Assembly (NCBI GenBank): GCA_000091165.1
Contig: FP565575.1
Coordinates: forward strand, 2,400,001-2,432,000
Direction of reading: 5' to 3'
Length of the DNA stretch: 32,000 bases
DNA from: Candidatus Methylomirabilis oxygeniifera
GTDB lineage: Bacteria > Methylomirabilota > Methylomirabilia > Methylomirabilales > Methylomirabilaceae
A model generated the notes under the pieces. The model worked only from the letters and a program-made list of their open reading frames with translations. It did no database searches and was not told the DNA's origin. The translations under genes and the position numbers were made by a program. Below, in pieces: positions 27,129-32,000 of this stretch. Position 1 is the stretch's first letter; every line of letters starts with the position of its first letter.

Positions 27129-27917
27129 GTGTACAATGCGGCCATGAAGCGCATACATGGGGGCGACACCGCTAAGGCTGGCGTATGGCAGGCCAAGGTT
27201 GGGACCTGCGGTTTCGCCATGGGCCGACAGGAGTACTACAAGACCTTCCCGGTTATGGAGATCCAGCAGACCTTTTACAAGCTGCCGCGGGTCAGCACGG
27301 GAGCGCGATGGCGAGCCGGGGCGCCGCCCGGGTTCGAATTTACCGTCAAGGCGTGGCAGCTTATCACGCACGAGCCGTCAAGCCCGACCTATCGCCGTCT
27401 CGCCAAGCCGATCCCGCCCGGATCGAAAGATCGTTACGGCGCGTTCCGGCCAACGGAGGAAGTCGCAGAGGCCTGGACCCGGACGCGGGCGTTTGCGGAA
27501 GCCGTAGGCGCCTCAATCATCATCTTTCAGTGCCCTCCGAGTTTTACACCGACGTCCGAACATATTGCACACCTGCGCCGGTTCTTTACCACTATCGACC
27601 GTACCGGCTGGCAAGCCGCCTGGGAGCCGCGCGACGCCTGGGCACCCGATACGATCCGTGGCCTCTGTCTGGAATTGGATCTGGTACATGTCGTTGATCC
27701 GCTTAAGGAACCGGCGCTTCACGGTGCAATCCGCTACTACCGGCTGCACGGCCTCACCGGCTACCGATACGTCCACACCGATCAGGACCTTGAGCGGCTG
27801 AAGGCCACGTGTGAGGGCGATCTGCCCACCTACTGTCTGTTCAATAATCTCTTTATGGCTGAAGACGCGGTTCGCTTCCAGGCGCTATTCGAAGAGAAGG
27901 CGGAGACGTCGCGGTAA
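27129..27917 (+). CDS. DUF72 domain-containing protein
   Basis: KVGTCGFAM...YYKTFPVMEIQQTFYKLP...WRAGAPPGFEFTVKAWQLITH...WEPRDAW...YYRLHG. Actual start may be the ATG at 27144. Confidence 0.88.
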   Translation: MYNAAMKRIHGGDTAKAGVWQAKVGTCGFAMGRQEYYKTFPVMEIQQTFYKLPRVSTGARWRAGAPPGFEFTVKAWQLITHEPSSPTYRRLAKPIPPGSKDRYGAFRPTEEVAEAWTRTRAFAEAVGASIIIFQCPPSFTPTSEHIAHLRRFFTTIDRTGWQAAWEPRDAWAPDTIRGLCLELDLVHVVDPLKEPALHGAIRYYRLHGLTGYRYVHTDQDLERLKATCEGDLPTYCLFNNLFMAEDAVRFQALFEEKAETSR

Positions 27918-27923
27918 GCGTAC

Positions 27924-29114
27924 ATGAGTGTTGCACAGAATGAAGCCGACATGGCTGCGCTGACCCCTGAGCAGTTAGCTCAGGCGATCAAAGCGGAAGC
28001 CCGCAGGCTGGGGTTCGAGCTGGTCGGAATCTCGCCGGTCATCGACCCTCCCCATGAACAGTCATTCGCCGACTGGCTGCAAGAGGGATACAGCGGCGAG
28101 ATGGCCTATATGGCGCGCACTGAGCAGGCTAGACGCCACCCGGAGGCCTGGTTTCCCTGGGCGCGTTCGGTGGTGGCTGTCGCCATGAACTACTACACCC
28201 CCTTCCCGCGCGAGACGCCCCCCTCGGACGTTCCCAGAGGTTGGATCTCCCGCTACGCATGGGGAGAGGATTATCACACGACCATCGAGAGCCGACTTGA
28301 CGCGCTGCTCGGCTGGATTCGACACACCGTCGGCGAGGAGGTCCAGGGTAAGGTGTACGTCGATGCCGGGCCGGTGTTGGAGAAGGGGTTCGCCGGCCTG
28401 GCGGGAATCGGGTGGATCGGGAAGAATACACTCCTCATCTCCCCGAAGCACGGCTCATATTTCTTTCTGGGCGAGCTGTTCCTGAGTCTGGAACTGCCGG
28501 AGGACCAGCCGATTAGGAATCGGTGCGGCTCGTGCGATCTGTGCCTGAAGGCCTGTCCGACTGACGCCTTTGTCGGTCCGTATCGGCTGGATGCCCGCCG
28601 CTGCATCTCGTACCTGACGATCGAGTTGAAAGGGAGCATCCCGGCCGAGATACGGCCGTTGATCGGCGAGCACATCTTTGGCTGTGATATCTGCCAGGAG
28701 GTCTGCCCGTATAATATCAATATCGGGGTCTCGGCAGAGCCCACTTTTCAGCCACGTGAGGGCTTGCATGCGCCGGAGCTGATCCCCCTCCTTGCGCTCG
28801 ACGACGAACAGTTTCGGTCGCGGTTCAAGGGGAGCCCGCTCAAGCGGTCAAAGCGGCGAGGTGTTCTGCGAAACGTGGCGGTGGCGCTTGGCAACCTGGG
28901 CTCCAAGGAGTCGGTCCCGGCCCTGGCGAAGCTCCTGTCCGATCCGGAGCCGCTGATCCGTGGTCATGCTGCATGGGCCTTGGGACGGATCGGCACGACG
29001 GAGGCGCGTACGGCGCTCGATGAAGCGTGCGCTCGCGAGACCGATCCGGACGTACAAGCGGAGATGACGCAGGCGCTTATCGCCTGCGCGCTTTCACCGT
29101 CACACGGGCCCTGA
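27924..29114 (+). CDS. queG: Epoxyqueuosine reductase with C-terminal HEAT-like repeats
   Basis: CGSCDLCLKACPTDAF and FGCDICQEVCPYN 4Fe-4S motifs; FLGELFLSLELP; AWALGRIGTTEARTAL HEAT repeats. Confidence 0.95.
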   Translation: MSVAQNEADMAALTPEQLAQAIKAEARRLGFELVGISPVIDPPHEQSFADWLQEGYSGEMAYMARTEQARRHPEAWFPWARSVVAVAMNYYTPFPRETPPSDVPRGWISRYAWGEDYHTTIESRLDALLGWIRHTVGEEVQGKVYVDAGPVLEKGFAGLAGIGWIGKNTLLISPKHGSYFFLGELFLSLELPEDQPIRNRCGSCDLCLKACPTDAFVGPYRLDARRCISYLTIELKGSIPAEIRPLIGEHIFGCDICQEVCPYNINIGVSAEPTFQPREGLHAPELIPLLALDDEQFRSRFKGSPLKRSKRRGVLRNVAVALGNLGSKESVPALAKLLSDPEPLIRGHAAWALGRIGTTEARTALDEACARETDPDVQAEMTQALIACALSPSHGP

Positions 29115-29850
29115 TCGTCAGCTCTCTCCCGCCGCGCTCCAGATAGGCGAGAAATCCCTTCCATCGGCTATCGGTCTTCCATTTCCCAATGAGATCTAAG
29201 GCTTCCATGTAGGCCAGGGCGTCAGCCGCAGCGGTAAAGAACAGCACCTCATGCTCGGCCTCAAGATAGACGGGGTCGAATCCCGCTGCTGTGAGCGCCG
29301 TTTCGGCATCCCGTTCTCCATAGGCGAATCGGGAACTCCTGCCGCTCTCCTTCCATTGGTCTCGATGAAGGGTCGAAAAGGCGAGGCAGCGGCCCGGCGC
29401 CAGGACCGCGGCCGCTCGTCGAATGATCTCGTCGGACATGCACAGATGGGCGACTACCAGATCGATCGGACCAAGCTCGCCGTAGTCGATCTGCTCCGCG
29501 TCGCCGCACACAAAGCTGATATGGTCCAGGCTGAGGCTGCGCGCATGCCGGTTCGCCTGTTCGATAGCCTGCTCCGACCAGTCGATCCCGATAATCCGAC
29601 CGGCCTCTTCCGCCAGCGCAAAGGTCAAACGCCCATTGCCGCATCCGACATCCAGAACCGCCCTCTCGCGTAGCGGTTCTTCCCGTATCAGGCGCAGGAG
29701 CGTTGAGCTAAGCATGCCGTGCCTCGCCTCATGCCCTTCGCCGGGCCGATAGGTTCTCTCGATTCGCTCTCGCCTCCACTCGACCATTGCGTCTCCTTCA
29801 CTCAGTGGCATTGTATACCAGCGGTCCGGAAAAAGTGACTCTTTTGACAA
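29077..29850 (-). CDS. Class I SAM-dependent methyltransferase
   Basis: VLDVGCGNGRLTFALAEEAGRIIGIDWSEQAIEQAN; DLVVAHLCMSDEIIRRAAAVLAPG. Start could be internal (about 29799). Confidence 0.85.
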   Translation of the reverse strand: MSKESLFPDRWYTMPLSEGDAMVEWRRERIERTYRPGEGHEARHGMLSSTLLRLIREEPLRERAVLDVGCGNGRLTFALAEEAGRIIGIDWSEQAIEQANRHARSLSLDHISFVCGDAEQIDYGELGPIDLVVAHLCMSDEIIRRAAAVLAPGRCLAFSTLHRDQWKESGRSSRFAYGERDAETALTAAGFDPVYLEAEHEVLFFTAAADALAYMEALDLIGKWKTDSRWKGFLAYLERGGRELTIRARVTVKARRR

Positions 29851-29986
29851 GAATTGTGAGCGAACTTCTGCTATACGACAGTAGCGGAAATTGACGTGGC
29901 CACTTGACAGAGATGATAAGGTGATTTACCGTATGCGAATACTTGCAGATGCAATATCACGCAACCAGTACCGGATACCGGAAACG

Positions 29987-30346
29987 ATGAGACAACAACT
30001 GAGTAACTTCAAGGCCGATTTCTTCAAGGCGCTGGCGCATCCGCTGAGGATCTCGATCCTGGATGCGTTGCGCACCGGAGAGCTGACGGTGAATGAGATC
30101 AGTCGGCAATTTGGCGTCGAGCCAGCCAATGCCTCGCAGCAGCTTGCAGTCCTTCGCAATAAGGGGATTGTGGTGGCCCGTAAGGAGGGGTCGAGCGTCT
30201 ACTACTCCGTGAGCGACCCGGCCATCTTTAAGCTGCTTGATGCGGCGAGAGAAATCTTTAACAACCATCTGATCGGCGTTCGCGGGATGCTTGAAGAGAT
30301 ACGACTCGAACAGACGCAGACGCCCAAGCGCCGCGGAGAGAGATAG
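29987..30346 (+). CDS. ArsR-family winged-helix transcriptional regulator
   Basis: ADFFKALAHPLRISILDALRTGELTVNEISRQFGVEPANASQQLAVLRNKGIVVARKEGSSVYYSVSD. ORF open from 29891; ATG at 29987 preferred because a TTGACA lies at 29904-29909. Confidence 0.85.
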   Translation: MRQQLSNFKADFFKALAHPLRISILDALRTGELTVNEISRQFGVEPANASQQLAVLRNKGIVVARKEGSSVYYSVSDPAIFKLLDAAREIFNNHLIGVRGMLEEIRLEQTQTPKRRGER

Positions 30347-30387
30347 AAACATCGCCGCAGTAAGGTTATAGGAGAACTCAGACTGAG

Positions 30388-30906
30388 ATGTTGGCACTGC
30401 TGAGAAAGATCTGGACCACACCGGTGGTGGCTGAGCCGCTGGCACCGACAGATGACGACAGACAGATCGAGGCCATCGCGCGGCAGGTCGATGATCGCGC
30501 AAGACGACTCTTCGGCCGCTCGCTCCACATCCGGGAAGTGGATGCGGGCTCGTGCAACGGGTGCGAGCTGGAGATCGGGGCGCTGAATAATCCCTACTAT
30601 GACTTAGAGCGGTTTGGAATGCATTTCGTCGCCTCACCGCGCCATGCGGATTGCCTGCTGGTCACGGGCCCGGTCACACGCAATATGGCCGACCCCCTCA
30701 AACGGACCTATGACGCAACCCCCGACCCAAAGATCGTCGTCGCCGTCGGTGACTGCGCCAGGGATTGCGGAATCTTTGCAGGCGGCTATGGAGTAGTAGG
30801 ACCGGTGTCAGCCATTGTGCCGGTCGATGTGGTCGTCGGCGGCTGCCCGCCGTCCCCGTCGATGATCCTGGCCGGGATCCTGGCAGCGCTCGAAAGGCGC
30901 ATGTAA
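30388..30906 (+). CDS. NuoB/HyfI/EchC-like 4Fe-4S subunit of a group-4 [NiFe]-hydrogenase or complex-I-like complex
   Basis: EVDAGSCNGCELEIGALNNPYYDLERFG; ADCLLVTGPVT; VVAVGDCARDCGIF; VVVGGCPPSP. Confidence 0.9.
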   Translation: MLALLRKIWTTPVVAEPLAPTDDDRQIEAIARQVDDRARRLFGRSLHIREVDAGSCNGCELEIGALNNPYYDLERFGMHFVASPRHADCLLVTGPVTRNMADPLKRTYDATPDPKIVVAVGDCARDCGIFAGGYGVVGPVSAIVPVDVVVGGCPPSPSMILAGILAALERRM

Positions 30907-30962
30907 ATAAGTATTAACAATCTCATTATTGAATCGACTTCCATTGAGAAAATCTCCCCTCG

Positions 30963-31009
30963 CCCCTCTTTTTCAAAGAGGGGTTAACCCTCCCTTTGGC
31001 AAAGGGAGG
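30963..31009. repeat. Two adjacent hairpins in the NuoB-like/HyfB-like intergenic gap (REP/MITE-like)
   Basis: CCCCTCTTT-TTC-AAAGAGGGG (30963-30983) and CCTCCCTTT-GGC-AAAGGGAGG (30989-31009); flanks AAATCTCCCCTC and GAGGAGGGTTT are roughly complementary. Confidence 0.85.
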
Positions 31010-31082
31010 TGAGGAGGGTTTGTTTGATAATGTAAAACTATTATGGCGAGACTGTTAATATGTTCAGCACAAGGATGGCTCG

Positions 31083-32000
31083 GTGACAATGGCGCTCAGT
31101 GAAGCGGTGACGCTGAATTTACTGCTCCTGACGCTCGGGGGCTTTGGCGTCGGCGCGGCAGGGGCGGTGCTGGCAGCGCGCCACCCGCGCGTCTCGCGAT
31201 TAGCGGGGCACGCGTGCGCGCTTATCGGCGCCGTGGGCGCCCTGGCGCTCGGCGCGGCAGGCCTGGCAGGCAGTACACTGGACGTGATGGTCCCAGCGCT
31301 CCTCCCTGTTGGCGGACTCTCTCTCGGCATGGATCGCCTTAGCGCGTTCTTTGTCCTGGTAATCGCGGTCGCAGCGATCCCATCTACAGTCTATGCCATC
31401 ACCTATACCCGCGCCTATGAAGGAAAATCGTCACTGGCGGGGATGGGGCTCGGGTTCAACGCCTTCCTCGCCGGGATGGTGCTCGTCGTGTTGGCCCGCA
31501 ACGTACTGACGTTCCTGGTCATGTGGGAGGCGATGTCGCTGGCGTCGTATTTCCTCGTAATGACAGAGGCTGAGCATAGGGACACGCAGGATGCGGGCTG
31601 GCTCTATCTGGTGACAACGCATGCAGGCTTCGCGTGTCTGCTGATCGGCTTTCTCGTTATGGCGCATGGGACCGATACGATGAACCTGAGTGAATGGCGC
31701 GCCGCATCAGCGACATTAAGCGGCCCAATGCGCCATGCGGTCTTCGTCCTGCTGGCGCTCGGCTTTGGGGCAAAGGCAGGCGTGGTGCCCTTGCATATCT
31801 GGCTCCCTAAGGCCCATCCGGCAGCGCCCAGTCACGTCTCTGCCATGATGTCAGGGGTGATGATCAAACTTGGTATCTACGGGCTTATTCGGATCGGGTT
31901 CGATTGGCTCGGGGTCGGCGCATCCTGGTGGGGCGGTGCAATACTGGTCGTCGCGGCGGTGAGCGCGGTACTCGGCGTCCTGTATGCGTTGGTAGAGTCC
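31083..32000 (+). CDS. HyfB/NuoL-like proton-conducting membrane subunit (truncated by window end)
   Basis: Continuous frame from GTG 31083 to the edge: ...LVVLARNVLTFLVMWEAMSLASYFLVMTE...DAGWLYLVTTHAGFACLLIGFLVMA...LALGFGAKAGVVPLHIWLPKAHPAAPSHVSAMMSGVMIKLGIYGLIRI. Confidence 0.9.
   Translation, partial: MTMALSEAVTLNLLLLTLGGFGVGAAGAVLAARHPRVSRLAGHACALIGAVGALALGAAGLAGSTLDVMVPALLPVGGLSLGMDRLSAFFVLVIAVAAIPSTVYAITYTRAYEGKSSLAGMGLGFNAFLAGMVLVVLARNVLTFLVMWEAMSLASYFLVMTEAEHRDTQDAGWLYLVTTHAGFACLLIGFLVMAHGTDTMNLSEWRAASATLSGPMRHAVFVLLALGFGAKAGVVPLHIWLPKAHPAAPSHVSAMMSGVMIKLGIYGLIRIGFDWLGVGASWWGGAILVVAAVSAVLGVLYALVES

Noticed and set aside
1-32000. CRISPR array, toxin-antitoxin pair, restriction-modification or prophage genes
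   Set aside because: No regularly spaced direct repeats with spacers, no cas, integrase, transposase or phage structural signatures were seen on either strand.

Overview
This is a GC-rich, densely coded bacterial segment. Gene content resembles an NC10/Methylomirabilis-like organism, but that is an inference I could not test. The core feature is a tungsten/molybdenum aldehyde:ferredoxin oxidoreductase (AOR) locus at 3461-8646. It encodes a 16-Cys ferredoxin, AOR, a MoaD-like protein, a MOSC protein, an FAD/NAD(P) oxidoreductase and a ThiS/MoaD-like protein, and it is divergent from an NtrC-type two-component pair. Other content includes a nucleoside hydrolase/ribokinase pair, two cell-wall genes (DUF882 and YkuD), an NCS2-like permease, citrate synthase, a cytidylate kinase-like gene next to hpt, tRNA-Leu(CAA), an ABC-F ATPase, and an OmpR-type two-component system beside secreted proteins (Asp-rich, small OB-like, WD40). 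The window ends with DUF72, queG, a methyltransferase, an ArsR-type regulator and the start of a group-4 hydrogenase/complex-I-like cluster. The most interesting observations are: (i) a ThiS/MoaD-like protein whose Gly-Gly terminus runs on for 12 residues exactly through the 3' end of the convergent NUDIX gene, while its MoaD-like partner lacks Gly-Gly; (ii) an orphan GroES-like single-domain protein with a likely leaderless start; (iii) 11-bp phased TTAA direct repeats at two sites near the OmpR-type system and secreted proteins; (iv) a kinase-like protein with a C-terminal domain resembling PD-(D/E)XK, beside hpt. I found no CRISPR array, prophage or classical defence system.
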